Shown: positions 17,915 to 29,282 of the stretch, piece after piece | How the letters are laid out: every line of letters begins with the position of its first letter | How positions within the stretch are numbered: the first letter of the stretch is position 1 | Assembly (NCBI RefSeq): GCF_041987405.1 | Contig: NZ_JBHIWR010000005.1 | Location: 150,258 to 214,257, forward strand | Direction of reading: 5' to 3' | Source: Pseudooceanicola sp. | GTDB taxonomy: Bacteria > Pseudomonadota > Alphaproteobacteria > Rhodobacterales > Rhodobacteraceae | DNA length: 64,000 nucleotides | Program-made: the position numbers and the translations under genes | The notes under the pieces: model-generated | Told to the model about the DNA's origin: nothing | Databases searched by the model: none | Seen by the model: only the letters and a program-made list of their open reading frames with translations

Positions 17915-19240
17915 ATGACCGTCACCCGTTTCGCCCCCTCGCCGACCGGCTTTATCCACGTCGGCAATCTGCGCACCGCGCTCTTCAACTTCCTGATCGC
18001 CCGCAAGCAGGGTGGCACTTTCATCCTGCGGATCGACGACACCGATCCGGAGCGATCGAAGGAGGAATATGTCGACGCGATCAAGCAGGATCTGGAGTGG
18101 CTGGGCCTGCACTGGGACCGGGTGGAGCGGCAGTCGGAACGGCTGGACCGCTATGCCGAAGCCGCAGACAAGTATCGAGAGATGGGCCGCTTCTACGAGG
18201 CCTTCGAGACGCCGACCGAGCTGGACCTGAAACGGAAGAAACAGCTGAACATGGGCAAGCCGCCGGTCTATGACCGCGCCGCGCTGGCGCTGTCGGAGGA
18301 CGAAAAGGCCAAATTGCGCGCTGAGCGGGGCGATGGCGTCTGGCGGTTCAAGCTGGATCAGGAGCGGATCGAATGGACCGACGGCATCCTCGGCGATCTG
18401 TCGATCGACGCGGCCTCGGTGTCTGACCCGGTGCTGATCCGGGCAGATGGTCAGGTGCTCTATACGCTGGCCTCTGTCGTGGATGATACGGATATGGGCG
18501 TGACCCATGTCGTGCGCGGCTCGGACCATGTGACCAATACGGCGACGCAGATCCAGATGATCGCGGCCCTTGGCGGCACCGCGCCCGACTTCGCGCATCA
18601 CTCGCTGCTGACCGGCCCGCAGGGCGAGGCGCTGTCGAAACGTCTGGGCACCCTGTCGATCCGTGACCTGCGCGCGCGGGGGATCGCCCCGATGGCGCTG
18701 CTGTCGCTGATGGCGCGGCTCGGGTCGTCGCAGCCGGTGGAGCTGCGGTCGTCCATCGACGAGTTGGTCGAGGGGTTCGATCTGACCACCTTCGGTTCGG
18801 CCCCGACGAAGTTCGACGAAAACGACCTGCTGCCGCTGACGGCGCATGTGCTGCAGGCGACGCCCTTTGACGCGGTGAAGGACCGGATCGCCGCCGCCGG
18901 TGTGCCCGATGACAGGGCCGAGGCCTTCTGGGCCGTGGTGCGCGACAATATCTCCGTTCTGGACGAGGTCGACGGGTGGTGGGCCCTGATGCGCGACGGG
19001 GCGGAGCCGCTGGTAGAGGCGGAGGACGAGGCCTTCATCCGCGAAGCGATGGCGATGCTGCCCGCTGAAGTCGATGGCGAGACTTGGGGCCAGTGGACCG
19101 CCGCCGTGAAGGAGGCGACGGGCCGCAAGGGCAAAGGGCTCTTCATGCCGCTGCGCAAGGCGGTGACGGGGCGGACGAATGGGCCGGACATGGCGTCCTT
19201 GCTGCCGCTTTTGCAGGTGATCCCGGCGCGGGAATTCTGA
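17915..19240 (+). CDS. gltX: Glutamate--tRNA ligase
   Basis: TRFAPSPTGFIHVGN (HIGH), LRIDDTD, RGSDH, LSKRLG (KMSKS variant), FMPLRKAVTG. Confidence 0.93.
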   Translation: MTVTRFAPSPTGFIHVGNLRTALFNFLIARKQGGTFILRIDDTDPERSKEEYVDAIKQDLEWLGLHWDRVERQSERLDRYAEAADKYREMGRFYEAFETPTELDLKRKKQLNMGKPPVYDRAALALSEDEKAKLRAERGDGVWRFKLDQERIEWTDGILGDLSIDAASVSDPVLIRADGQVLYTLASVVDDTDMGVTHVVRGSDHVTNTATQIQMIAALGGTAPDFAHHSLLTGPQGEALSKRLGTLSIRDLRARGIAPMALLSLMARLGSSQPVELRSSIDELVEGFDLTTFGSAPTKFDENDLLPLTAHVLQATPFDAVKDRIAAAGVPDDRAEAFWAVVRDNISVLDEVDGWWALMRDGAEPLVEAEDEAFIREAMAMLPAEVDGETWGQWTAAVKEATGRKGKGLFMPLRKAVTGRTNGPDMASLLPLLQVIPAREF

Positions 19241-19247
19241 TCCTAGC

Positions 19248-19341
19248 GGTGCGTGCAAGCACGCACCCTACGGGCGGGATGTAGGGTGCGTGCAAGCACG
19301 CACCCTACGGGCGGGATGTAGGGTGCGTGCTTGCACGCACC
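19248..19341. repeat. GTAG-family REP cluster: three palindromic units with a 37-bp period
   Basis: GTAGGGTGCGTGCTTGCACGCACC on minus (19248-19271) and plus (19318-19341), with a double-ended middle unit (19281-19308); identical GGGCGGGAT spacers. Confidence 0.9.
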
Positions 19342-19354
19342 GCCATGCACGCAG

Positions 19355-20143
19355 TTAAAGGTTCTCCGGCTGCGGCATCCCCAGCACGTGGTAGCCGCCG
19401 TCGACGCGGATGATCTCTCCGCTGGTGAAGGCGCCGGCATCCGAGGCCAGATAGACCGCCGTCCCGCCGACTGCCTCCAGCGTCGCATTGGCGCGGAGGG
19501 GGGAGTTCGACTCGGTCTGGCGGAAGGTCTTGCGCGCGCCGGAAATCGCGGCGCCGGCCAGGGTCTTCATCGGGCCGGGGGAGATGGCGTTGACGCGGAT
19601 GCCATCGGGGCCCAGGTCGTTGGCCAGATACCGAACTGCGGATTCCAGCGCCGCCTTGGCCACGCCCATGACGTTGTAATAGGGCGTCACGCGAGTGGAG
19701 CCCTGGTAGGTCAGGGTCAGGATCGTGCCGCCCTCCTTCATCAGGGGGGCCGCGCGGCGCGAGACGTCGATCAGGGAATAACAGGAAATATCCAGCGAAT
19801 TCTTGAAGTTCTCGCGGCTGGTGTTGATGAACCGACCCGCCAGTTCGTCCTTGTTGGAAAAGGCGATGGCATGGACGAGGAAGTCGATCCTGGGCCATTT
19901 GGCTTTCAGTTCGGCAAAGCCCCGGTCCATTGCGGCGTCGTCGGTTACATCCATGTCGACCATGAAGTCGGAGCCTAGCGACTGGGCCAGCGGCAGGACG
20001 CGTTTGCCAAAGGCCTCGCCCTGGTAGCTGAAAGCCAGCTCGGCCCCGGCCGCGGCCATTTCCTTTGCGATGCCCCAGGCGATCGACCGCTCGTTGGCGA
20101 CCCCCATGATGAGCCCGCGCTTGCCTTCGAGAAGTCCTGCCAT
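19355..20143 (-). CDS. fabI: Enoyl-ACP reductase (NADH)
   Basis: LIMGVANERSIAWGIA, YNVMGVAKAALE, NAISPGPMKTLA. Confidence 0.96.
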   Translation of the reverse strand: MAGLLEGKRGLIMGVANERSIAWGIAKEMAAAGAELAFSYQGEAFGKRVLPLAQSLGSDFMVDMDVTDDAAMDRGFAELKAKWPRIDFLVHAIAFSNKDELAGRFINTSRENFKNSLDISCYSLIDVSRRAAPLMKEGGTILTLTYQGSTRVTPYYNVMGVAKAALESAVRYLANDLGPDGIRVNAISPGPMKTLAGAAISGARKTFRQTESNSPLRANATLEAVGGTAVYLASDAGAFTSGEIIRVDGGYHVLGMPQPENL

Positions 20144-20156
20144 CTGTCTACCCGTC

Positions 20157-21386
20157 TTACCCGTTATAGCGGCTCAGCAGCATGGACCCGTTGGTCCCGC
20201 CGAAGCCGAAGCTGTTGGTCATCACCGTATCGAGGCCCGCGTTTTCGACAAGGGCGGTCGCGATCTCTTCGGGCTTCAGCTCGGGATCGAGGGTTTCGAC
20301 ATTGATCGAGGGTGTGATGAAATCGTCCTTCAGCATGAGCAGGCAGAAGATCGCCTCCAACGCGCCGGCCGCGCCTTGGGCGTGGCCCGTCATCGACTTG
20401 GTAGAGCTGATCGGCGGGGTCTGCCCCTCGCCGAAGACGCGGCGCACGGCCTGCACTTCGCCCACATCGCCGACGGGGGTGGAGGTGCCGTGGGCGTTGA
20501 TATAGCCGACCTTGCGGCCCTCGGGCAGCGTGTCGAGGGCAAGGCGCATGGCACGTTCACCGCCCTCACCCGAGGGGGCAACCATGTCGTGGCCATCGGA
20601 GGTCGCGGCATAGCCGGTGACCTCGGCATAGATCTTCGCCCCGCGCGCCAGGGCGTGGTCCAGATCCTCCAGCACCACGATGCCGCCGCCGCCGGAGATG
20701 ACAAAGCCGTCGCGGCTTTCGTCGAAGGCGCGGGACGCCTTGTCGGGCGTGTCGTTGTATTTGGAGGACATGGCGCCCATGGCGTCGAAGAGGCAGGACA
20801 GCGTCCAGTCCAGTTCCTCGCCGCCGCCGGCAAACATCATGTCCTGCTTGCCCAGCATGATCTGTTCCGCCGCATTGCCGATGCAGTGCAGCGAGGTCGA
20901 GCAGGCGGAGGTGATGGAGTAGTTGATGCCCTTGATCTTGAAGGCCGTCGCGAGGTTGGCCGAGACTGTGGAGGACATGCATTTCGGCACGGCGAAGGGG
21001 CCGATCCGCTTGGTCGCGCCGGATTTCAGCACGGTCTGATGGGCGGCCAGCATGGCGGAGGTGGACGGCCCGCCGGACCCGGCCACGAGGCCGGTGCGCG
21101 GGCTGGTGATGTGGCTTTCATCCAGGCCCGCATCCTCGATCGCCTGTTGCATGGCGATATAGGCATAGGCGGCACCCGGCCCCATGAAGCGCAGGGTTCG
21201 CTTGTCGATATGGTCTGCCGGGTCGATCTTGAGCGTCCCGGCAATCTGGCTGCGGAACCCGTGTTCCGCCATTTCGGGGGAGGCCACGATGCCGGATTTT
21301 CCGGCCTTGAGCGAGGCGGTGACCTCTTCGGCAGTGTTGCCGATGCTGGAGACGATCCCCAGACCGGTTACGACGACTCGGCGCAT
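20157..21386 (-). CDS. fabB: Beta-ketoacyl-ACP synthase I
   Basis: [18 protein letters not shown] active-site Cys, [22 protein letters not shown]. Confidence 0.95.
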   Translation of the reverse strand: MRRVVVTGLGIVSSIGNTAEEVTASLKAGKSGIVASPEMAEHGFRSQIAGTLKIDPADHIDKRTLRFMGPGAAYAYIAMQQAIEDAGLDESHITSPRTGLVAGSGGPSTSAMLAAHQTVLKSGATKRIGPFAVPKCMSSTVSANLATAFKIKGINYSITSACSTSLHCIGNAAEQIMLGKQDMMFAGGGEELDWTLSCLFDAMGAMSSKYNDTPDKASRAFDESRDGFVISGGGGIVVLEDLDHALARGAKIYAEVTGYAATSDGHDMVAPSGEGGERAMRLALDTLPEGRKVGYINAHGTSTPVGDVGEVQAVRRVFGEGQTPPISSTKSMTGHAQGAAGALEAIFCLLMLKDDFITPSINVETLDPELKPEEIATALVENAGLDTVMTNSFGFGGTNGSMLLSRYNG

Positions 21387-21589
21387 GTCATATCCCTAGT
21401 TGTGTTGGCAGTCTGTGTAGGACATGGGGACGGTCGGGCGCAAGGACGAGAGGCAGCGGCGCGCGAATGTCGCGATCCGCCGACGCGGGGGCCTTTCCGG
21501 ACGAGGCGTGACGTGCCGAGGCGCGACGATATCACTTGCCGGCGCGGAGGATCCGAGGCTTAGCTGATCCGTCACTCAGAGGCGCTTCC

Positions 21590-21985
21590 ATGGACAAATC
21601 GGACTTTGCCACCCTCGTCGCGAACGAGATCCTGCCGGAGGGCCGCATGGGCCACGCGCTGGACATCCACCGAAACCCGCCGGGGCGGGGTGTGTCGGCC
21701 GAGCGGCGTGCCATGGCGGCCTGGCTCAGCGCGTTGACGGAGGAGGACCGCGCCCGGATCGAACACCTGATGGCAGATGCGCGGGAGGCGGCGGTCTTCG
21801 GCATGCTGGTGCTGCTGGATGACGCCACCCAATATCGCGACGGCGAGGAGGTCGGCGAACTGCGGCTGGAATATCGCGACCGGGATGGCGGTGTGACTCA
21901 TCTGAACGCCCCGCGCGGCGAGGACCTTCACGATCTGTTCAAATGGGCGCTGAAGGACCGGGAGACTAACCGGACACCTTCTTGA
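21590..21985 (+). CDS. Hypothetical protein (131 aa)
   Basis: AGAGG RBS and ATG 21590; protein-like composition (VFGMLVLLD...GELRLEY...LN...EDLHDLF); 20-bp convergent overlap with the next gene. Confidence 0.6.
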   Translation: MDKSDFATLVANEILPEGRMGHALDIHRNPPGRGVSAERRAMAAWLSALTEEDRARIEHLMADAREAAVFGMLVLLDDATQYRDGEEVGELRLEYRDRDGGVTHLNAPRGEDLHDLFKWALKDRETNRTPS

Positions 21986-22301
21986 CGAACTGCGACTTCA
22001 ACCCGATCTGGCCGATGCCGGGGATCTTGCAGTCGATGTCATGATCGCCGGGGACGAGGCGGATATTCTGGACCTTGGTGCCGACCTTCACGGTCTGCGA
22101 GGTGCCCTTGAGCTTGAGGTCCTTGATCACCGTCACCGTGTCGCCATCGCTGAGGACGTTGCCGACACTGTCGCGGATCACCTCTTCTACCGTCGCCGCA
22201 GCGGACCACTCATGCCCGCATTCGGGACAGACGAGCAGCGCATCCATCGCGTAGGTGAAGGCAGAGGCGCAGTCGGGGCATGGCGGCAGGGTTTCGGTCA
22301 T
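21966..22301 (-). CDS. Zinc-ribbon protein, YjdM/PhnA family
   Basis: CPDC..TY..DALLVCPECGHEW; RDSVGNVLSDGDTVTVIKDLKLKG; HDIDCKI. Confidence 0.9.
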   Translation of the reverse strand: MTETLPPCPDCASAFTYAMDALLVCPECGHEWSAAATVEEVIRDSVGNVLSDGDTVTVIKDLKLKGTSQTVKVGTKVQNIRLVPGDHDIDCKIPGIGQIGLKSQFVKKVSG

Positions 22302-22355
22302 GCGCCCGCTATGATCAGCGGAAGGCACCCCCGCCAGCGCAACAAGGTCGCAGGC

Positions 22356-22865
22356 TTAGCTTTCCGACAGCGCGACCTTCATGTCCTTCACGACGTAGAT
22401 CTCTTCTCCATCGGCCTCGACCCGGCCGTCGGCGACGCCCATGGTCAGGCGGCGGGTCTGGATCGCCTTGGTGAAGTCGACGTAGTAGGTCAGCATCTTG
22501 CGTTCGGGACGGACCATTCCGGTCAGCTTTACCTCGCCCACGCCGAGGGCATAGCCCCGCCCCTGCCAGCCGCGCCAGCCGAGGTTGAAACCGGTCAGCT
22601 GCCAAAGGCCGTCGAGGCCGAGGCAGCCGGGCATGATCGGGTTGCCGGGGAAGTGGCATTCGAAAAACCACAGGTTGGGCGTGATGTCGAATTCGGCCCG
22701 GACATGGCCCTTTCCGTGCAGGCCGCCGTCACCGGAGATATCGGTGATCCGGTCCATCATCAGCATCGGCGGCGCCGGAAGCTGCGCATTGCCGGGGCCG
22801 AAAAGCTCGCCCCGCGCACATTTCAGAAGATCTTCCTTGTCGAAGCTGGACGGATAGTCGGCCAT
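22356..22865 (-). CDS. fabA: 3-hydroxydecanoyl-ACP dehydratase/isomerase
   Basis: [41 protein letters not shown]. Confidence 0.96.
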   Translation of the reverse strand: MADYPSSFDKEDLLKCARGELFGPGNAQLPAPPMLMMDRITDISGDGGLHGKGHVRAEFDITPNLWFFECHFPGNPIMPGCLGLDGLWQLTGFNLGWRGWQGRGYALGVGEVKLTGMVRPERKMLTYYVDFTKAIQTRRLTMGVADGRVEADGEEIYVVKDMKVALSES

Positions 22866-23031
22866 GCAGTCGGACCCTTTCCCCTTGGGCTGAACATTGC
22901 CCCCTCTATCACCCGGGTCGCGCGCCATGCAAGGGGCGGGGCCGGGGCGCGGCAATCGGACCCTTGCGTGGTGCATTGAAACCGGGGGCATAGACGGGCT
23001 ATAGTGCGGGCCGAGCAAGGGATTGAGACCA

Positions 23032-23448
23032 ATGTCCGGTAGCGAACACGCAATTGTAACGGATTGGCTGGCAGGCGGCGGGCTGCGCCCGACGCGGCAG
23101 CGGGTTGCGCTGGCAGAATTGCTGGTCGGCGATGGCAAGCATCGGCATGTCACGGCCGAAAGCCTCTATGCCGCGGCGCAGACCGGCGGGCAGTCGGTGT
23201 CGCTTGCAACGGTCTACAACACGCTCAAGGCCTTCTGCGAGGCCGGTCTGATCCAGGAAATCACCGTCGACGGGTCGAAAAGCTATTTCGACACCAACAT
23301 GCATGACCACCCGCATTTCTTCTGGGAAGACACCGGGCAGTTGACGGATGCGCCCGCAGATCAGCTGGAAATCACCCGCCTGCCGGATCTGCCGGAGGGC
23401 GCGGAACTAGCCAAGGTTGACGTCGTTATCCGCCTGCGCCGGGGCTGA
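23032..23448 (+). CDS. irr: Fur-family iron response regulator Irr
   Basis: [42 protein letters not shown]; divergent from fabA as in many alphaproteobacteria. Confidence 0.88.
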   Translation: MSGSEHAIVTDWLAGGGLRPTRQRVALAELLVGDGKHRHVTAESLYAAAQTGGQSVSLATVYNTLKAFCEAGLIQEITVDGSKSYFDTNMHDHPHFFWEDTGQLTDAPADQLEITRLPDLPEGAELAKVDVVIRLRRG

Positions 23449-24045
23449 TCGCGGCGGCGTACCGATCTCCTGCATCCTGCGCCGGGCGATCTTGAGCCCT
23501 TCGGCATAGGCCTCCCCGTCGCCGTATTCCATGAACTGATCGTAGTGCCGGTGGCGTCCCTGAACGCGGGCGGCGTGTTTGATGGGGCACCAGTAAGCCT
23601 CTGTCCGGCCCGCAATTTCGGCGACATAGGCGATCAGCCCGTTGACGTAGCCGCAGTAGAAACAGTTCACCTTCTGGATGGAGTTCAGATAGGCCAGGTG
23701 GTGCCGATCGAACCGGATATACTCGGCGCGCCGGACCCTTGGGATGCCATAGGCCCGGAAACAGATCGCTTGGTAGAGGCTGACGAAAAGATCCAGCAGC
23801 GCGAAGGGCACGATCAGGGAATAGATCACCGGCGCCGTCAGCAGGTGGCGCGGAGGGCTCTTGACCAAATAGGGGGCAAGCCGGGCGCGCAGGTTTCGAT
23901 GACGACGACGCACACCCTCCTCCCAGACGACGCGGTTGTTGTCCAACCGATAGCGCATCGCGGACCGGGCGCTTTCGAATTCCGCCTCCAGCTGGTCCTG
24001 AAGCTGACCTATTCTTTCGCGTAGGGATTCGACGGTGTTGGACAT
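23407..24045 (-). CDS. Conserved hypothetical membrane protein with CxYC and YWCPIKH motifs
   Basis: One hydrophobic segment (APVIYSLIVPFALLDLFVSLY); FDRHHLAYLN..QKVNCFYCGY.NG; GGAG RBS. Confidence 0.7.
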   Translation of the reverse strand: MSNTVESLRERIGQLQDQLEAEFESARSAMRYRLDNNRVVWEEGVRRRHRNLRARLAPYLVKSPPRHLLTAPVIYSLIVPFALLDLFVSLYQAICFRAYGIPRVRRAEYIRFDRHHLAYLNSIQKVNCFYCGYVNGLIAYVAEIAGRTEAYWCPIKHAARVQGRHRHYDQFMEYGDGEAYAEGLKIARRRMQEIGTPPRSAPAQADNDVNLG

Positions 24046-24190
24046 GGCGGTCTCCGGATTACGGCTCCAAAAATAAGGTCTCTCGCAGCTTTGTCACCTG
24101 CTGCGCCGCCCCGCGCTTATGACAAATTTCACACAGGCCCCCTTCCCCCCCGGCGAGCGCGACCGTAACCTTGCCGCAGGGGGTGACCAA

Positions 24191-24874
24191 ATGCCGATAA
24201 CGACCTGTGTTTTTGATGCCTATGGCACCCTCTTCGACGTCAGCGCTGCGGCCCGGCTGGCGGCGCAGGAGCCGGATATGCAGCCGCTGGCCGAATGCTG
24301 GGCCGCGCTGGCGGAGGATTGGCGGCGCAAGCAGCTGGAGTATTCCTGGCTGCGCGCGGTCACGGGGGTGCATTGCGACTTCTGGCAGGTGACGCAGGAC
24401 GGTCTGAACTGGGCGATGGAGGCGCGGGGGATCACCGACGCGCCGATCCGGGACCGCCTGCTGCAGCTTTATCGCGAACTTGCCGCCTATCCGGAGGTGC
24501 CGGGGATGCTGGCGCAGCTCAAGCAGATGGGGCAATCCACGGCGATCCTGTCCAACGGCTCGCCGGGCATGCTGGCGGATGCGGTGGCCTCGGCCGGGGT
24601 GGGCGATCTGCTGGATGACGTGCTGTCCGTCGAACGTGTGGGCATCTTCAAGCCCGCCGCCCAGGTTTATGATCTGGTGGAGGAGCGGTTCGGGACACGG
24701 GCCGATCAGGTGCTCTTTGTCTCCTCCAATGGCTGGGATGCGGCCTCGGCCAAGGCCTACGGCTTCACGGTGGCCTGGGTGAACCGGCGCGGCGATCCCG
24801 TGGACAGGCTGCCGGGACGTCCGGATCATGTGCTGTCCGATCTTTCAGGAATTACGGAATTGAAGGTTTTCTGA
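24191..24874 (+). CDS. Haloacid dehalogenase type II
   Basis: VFDAYGTLFDV, WRRKQLEYSW, ILSNG, FKP, FVSSNGWD. Confidence 0.92.
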   Translation: MPITTCVFDAYGTLFDVSAAARLAAQEPDMQPLAECWAALAEDWRRKQLEYSWLRAVTGVHCDFWQVTQDGLNWAMEARGITDAPIRDRLLQLYRELAAYPEVPGMLAQLKQMGQSTAILSNGSPGMLADAVASAGVGDLLDDVLSVERVGIFKPAAQVYDLVEERFGTRADQVLFVSSNGWDAASAKAYGFTVAWVNRRGDPVDRLPGRPDHVLSDLSGITELKVF

Positions 24875-25696
24875 GTGCCCCATTTCACGACTGCGGACGG
24901 GGTCCGCATCTACTACGAGGACGAGGGCGCGGGACTTCCCCTGTTGTGCCTCGCCGGTCTGACACGCAACGCCCGCGATTTCGATTTCGTCGCCCCGCAT
25001 CTGGATGGGGTGCGGATGATCCGCATCGACAGCCGGGGGCGCGGGAAGTCGGGCTGGGCCGATTACAAGACCTACGAAGTGGTGCAGGAGGCGCGGGATG
25101 CGCTGGCACTGCTCGATCACCTGGGGGTCGCAAAGGCGGCGGTTCTGGGCACCTCGCGCGGCGGGCTGATGGCGATGCTTCTGGCGGCGACGGCCAAGGA
25201 GCGGCTGCTTGGCGTGGCGCTGAACGATGTGGGTCCGGTGATCGAAACCGCGGGGCTGAACGCGATCAAAGGCTACCTGGGCAAGGCCCCGCCCTTCGCC
25301 ACGCTGGCCGAGGCGGCGGAGGACAAGATGGCCCATGACCCGCGGTTCGCCAATGTGCCGAAGGCGCGCTGGATCACCTTTCTCTCGCATGTCTACGACG
25401 AGACGCCCGAGGGGCTGACGATCACCTATGACCCCAAGCTCTATGACGCCGTCGCACCCGGGCTGGAGCAGCCCGCGATGGAGGCCTGGCCGCTGTTCGA
25501 CGCGATGGCCGGGCTGCCCGTCGCGGTGATCCACGGGGCCAATTCGGATCTGCTGAGCGCGGCGACCGTCGCGCAGATGCAGGACCGGCATCCGGGGTTG
25601 ATCGTCGCCCAAGTGCCGGATCGCGGGCATATCCCGTTTCTGGACGAACCTGCGGCACTGGCGGCCCTGGCGGAATGGAAAGGACTGATGGCATGA
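24875..25696 (+). CDS. Alpha/beta hydrolase
   Basis: CLAGLTRNARDF, GTSRGG nucleophile elbow, RGHIPFL. Confidence 0.88.
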   Translation: MPHFTTADGVRIYYEDEGAGLPLLCLAGLTRNARDFDFVAPHLDGVRMIRIDSRGRGKSGWADYKTYEVVQEARDALALLDHLGVAKAAVLGTSRGGLMAMLLAATAKERLLGVALNDVGPVIETAGLNAIKGYLGKAPPFATLAEAAEDKMAHDPRFANVPKARWITFLSHVYDETPEGLTITYDPKLYDAVAPGLEQPAMEAWPLFDAMAGLPVAVIHGANSDLLSAATVAQMQDRHPGLIVAQVPDRGHIPFLDEPAALAALAEWKGLMA

Positions 25697-26673
25697 ATAT
25701 CGAGATGATCGAGGCCGCGCGGCGGCGGCTTAACGGCCATCTGCGGCAGACGCCCCTGCTGAGCTCGCCCTTTCTAGACGAGATCGCGGGGCGGAAGGTC
25801 TATATCAAGCCGGAGTGTCTGCAGCATACCGGCAGCTTCAAGGCGCGCGGCGCCTGGTCGGCCATCTCCGCGATGGAGCCTGCGGTGCGCGAGGCCGGGG
25901 TGATGGCCTATTCCTCCGGCAACCATGCGCAAGGCGTGGCCTGGGCCGCGGCGCAGCACGGGGTGCCCTCGGTCATTCTGATGCCAAGCGATGCGCCGGC
26001 CCTGAAACGCGCCAACACCCAGGCGCTTGGCGCGCGGGTGGTCCTTTATGACAGGGAAACGGAGGATCGCGAGGCGAAGGGCGAGGAACTGGCGCGAGAT
26101 CTGAACCTCACCCTCGTGCGCCCCTATGACGAGCCGCAGGTAATCGCCGGTCAGGCCAGCGTCGGGCTGGAGATCGCGGAACAGGCGGCGGAGGCGGGGA
26201 TCAGCCGGGCCGACGTGCTGGTCTGTTGCGGCGGCGGCGGTCTGACCTCCGGCATCGCCCTGGCGCTGGAGGCCCATGCCCCGGGGCTGCGCGCGCGGCC
26301 GGTGGAGCCCGAGGGGTTCGAGGATGTCGCGCGGTCGCTGGACCGGGGCGAGATCGCCCGCAATTCCAGGATGGGCGGATCGATCTGCGATGCCATCGTG
26401 ACACCGCAGCCGGGCAATCTGACCTTTCCGATCATGCAGCGTCTTTGCGGGCCGGGGCTGGTGGTGAGCGATGACGAGGCGCTCTATGCCATGGCGCAGG
26501 CGTTCCTTCGGCTGAAGCTGGTGGCGGAACCCGGCGGGGCCGTCGCCCTGGCGGCGGCGCTGTGCCGCAAGGACCAGATCGAGGCGGAGGCGGTGATCGC
26601 CGTGATCTCCGGCGGGAACGTGGACCCGGTGATGTTCACCCGGTCGCTGATCACCCATGCGGAAGCGGTCTGA
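25693..26673 (+). CDS. PLP-dependent threonine/serine dehydratase family protein, no regulatory domain
   Basis: KPECLQHTGSFKARG, SSGNHAQG, CGGGGL, EPGGA, SGGN; ATGA overlap with upstream gene. Confidence 0.9.
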   Translation: MNIEMIEAARRRLNGHLRQTPLLSSPFLDEIAGRKVYIKPECLQHTGSFKARGAWSAISAMEPAVREAGVMAYSSGNHAQGVAWAAAQHGVPSVILMPSDAPALKRANTQALGARVVLYDRETEDREAKGEELARDLNLTLVRPYDEPQVIAGQASVGLEIAEQAAEAGISRADVLVCCGGGGLTSGIALALEAHAPGLRARPVEPEGFEDVARSLDRGEIARNSRMGGSICDAIVTPQPGNLTFPIMQRLCGPGLVVSDDEALYAMAQAFLRLKLVAEPGGAVALAAALCRKDQIEAEAVIAVISGGNVDPVMFTRSLITHAEAV

Positions 26674-27113
26674 TGTTCTTTGAAGATTTCGAGGTGGGGT
26701 TCCAATTCACGACCCCGACCCGCAGCCTGAGCGAGGCGGAGATCATGGAGTACGCTCGCGTCTATGATCCGCAGCCCTTCCACATCGACCCGGGGGCGGC
26801 GGCGCGGTCGATCTACGGCGGGATCATCGCCAGCGGGTTGCAGACCTGCGCCGTGGCATTTGCCCAGACGCTGAAGGCCAATGTGCTGAACGAAAGCTCC
26901 CTCGGCTCGCCGGGCATGGACAAAATCCGCTGGCTGAAACCCGTGCGGCCCGGCGACGAGATCGGGGTGACCGGTACTGTGCGCGAGGTCACCCCCTCCG
27001 CCACGCGCCCCAGGGGCCGGGTGGTGATCGACTATGAGGTCACGAACCAGGCGGGAGAAGTCGTGCTCAGCTATTCGATCACTCATATGCAGCGGCGGCG
27101 CAGCGAAAAGTAG
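26673..27113 (+). CDS. MaoC family dehydratase
   Basis: FFEDFEVG, YDPQPFHID, GIIASG, IRWLKPVRPGD; TGATG overlap. Confidence 0.88.
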   Translation: MFFEDFEVGFQFTTPTRSLSEAEIMEYARVYDPQPFHIDPGAAARSIYGGIIASGLQTCAVAFAQTLKANVLNESSLGSPGMDKIRWLKPVRPGDEIGVTGTVREVTPSATRPRGRVVIDYEVTNQAGEVVLSYSITHMQRRRSEK

Positions 27114-27126
27114 TTGTCATTGATAA

Positions 27127-28355
<1,229 letters not shown>

Positions 28356-28356
<1 letters not shown>

Positions 28357-29144
28357 TGCAGATTGCCGATCTGGACGGGTTTCGGGTGCACTACCGGGTC
28401 GATGGCGATCCGGAGGGGCCGCCGGTGGTCTTTGCCAATTCGCTCGGCACCGACCTGCGGCTCTGGGACAAGGTGATCCCGCTGCTGCCTGCGGGTCCGC
28501 GCTATATCCGCTATGACAAGCGCGGGCACGGGCTGACCGATGCGACACCGCAGCCCTATGCCATGGGAACGCTGGTGCGCGATGCGGAGGCGCTGCTGGA
28601 TCATCTGGGCGTGCGGGATGCGTTGTTTGTCGGCCTGTCGATTGGCGGGATGATCGGACAGGGGCTGGCGGTCAAGCGGCTGGATCAGGTGCGGGCGCTG
28701 GTGATCTCCAATTCCGCCGCCAAGATCGGCGTGCCCGCGATGTGGCAGGAACGGATCGAGACGGTGAACCGCGACGGGATCGCGGCGCTGGCGGATGCGG
28801 TGATGGAACGGTGGTTCGGACGCGCCTTCCGTCAGACGGCGGAGCTGGCAGCCTGGCGCAACATGCTGATCCGGCAGCCGGTGGAGGGTTATGCGGGCTG
28901 TTCCGCCGCCATCTCCGGCACGGATTTCTACACGCCGACCTCCGGCCTGCGCCTGCCGGTGCTGGGCATCGCAGGAAGCGAGGACGGATCGACCCCGCCG
29001 GATCTGGTGCGCGAAACGACCGAATTGGTTCCCGGGTCACGCTTCGCGCTGATCCGGGGGGCCGGGCATCTGCCCTGCGTGGACCAGCCCGAAGCCTATG
29101 CCAATGTGCTGACTGACTTCATGCGCGAGACCGGGCACATCTGA
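28356..29144 (+). CDS. pcaD: 3-oxoadipate enol-lactonase
   Basis: FANSLGTDLRLWD, YDKRGHG, GLSIGGMI, GHLPCVDQP. Confidence 0.92.
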
Positions 29145-29282
29145 TCGCGTCGGTTCGCCCGGTTACATCGGGCGTCACAGCCACGCGCCCTGTCCCGACT
29201 GATTGCGTTGCCGCCCCACCCTCGTCACTATGCTGGAGGCGGCCGCCGGGGCGCGGCTCATTCATGCAGCAACAGGACCCTC

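Noticed and set aside
19248-19341. CRISPR array
   Set aside because: Spacers are identical and only 9 bp, repeats are GTAG-REP palindromes, and there are no cas genes
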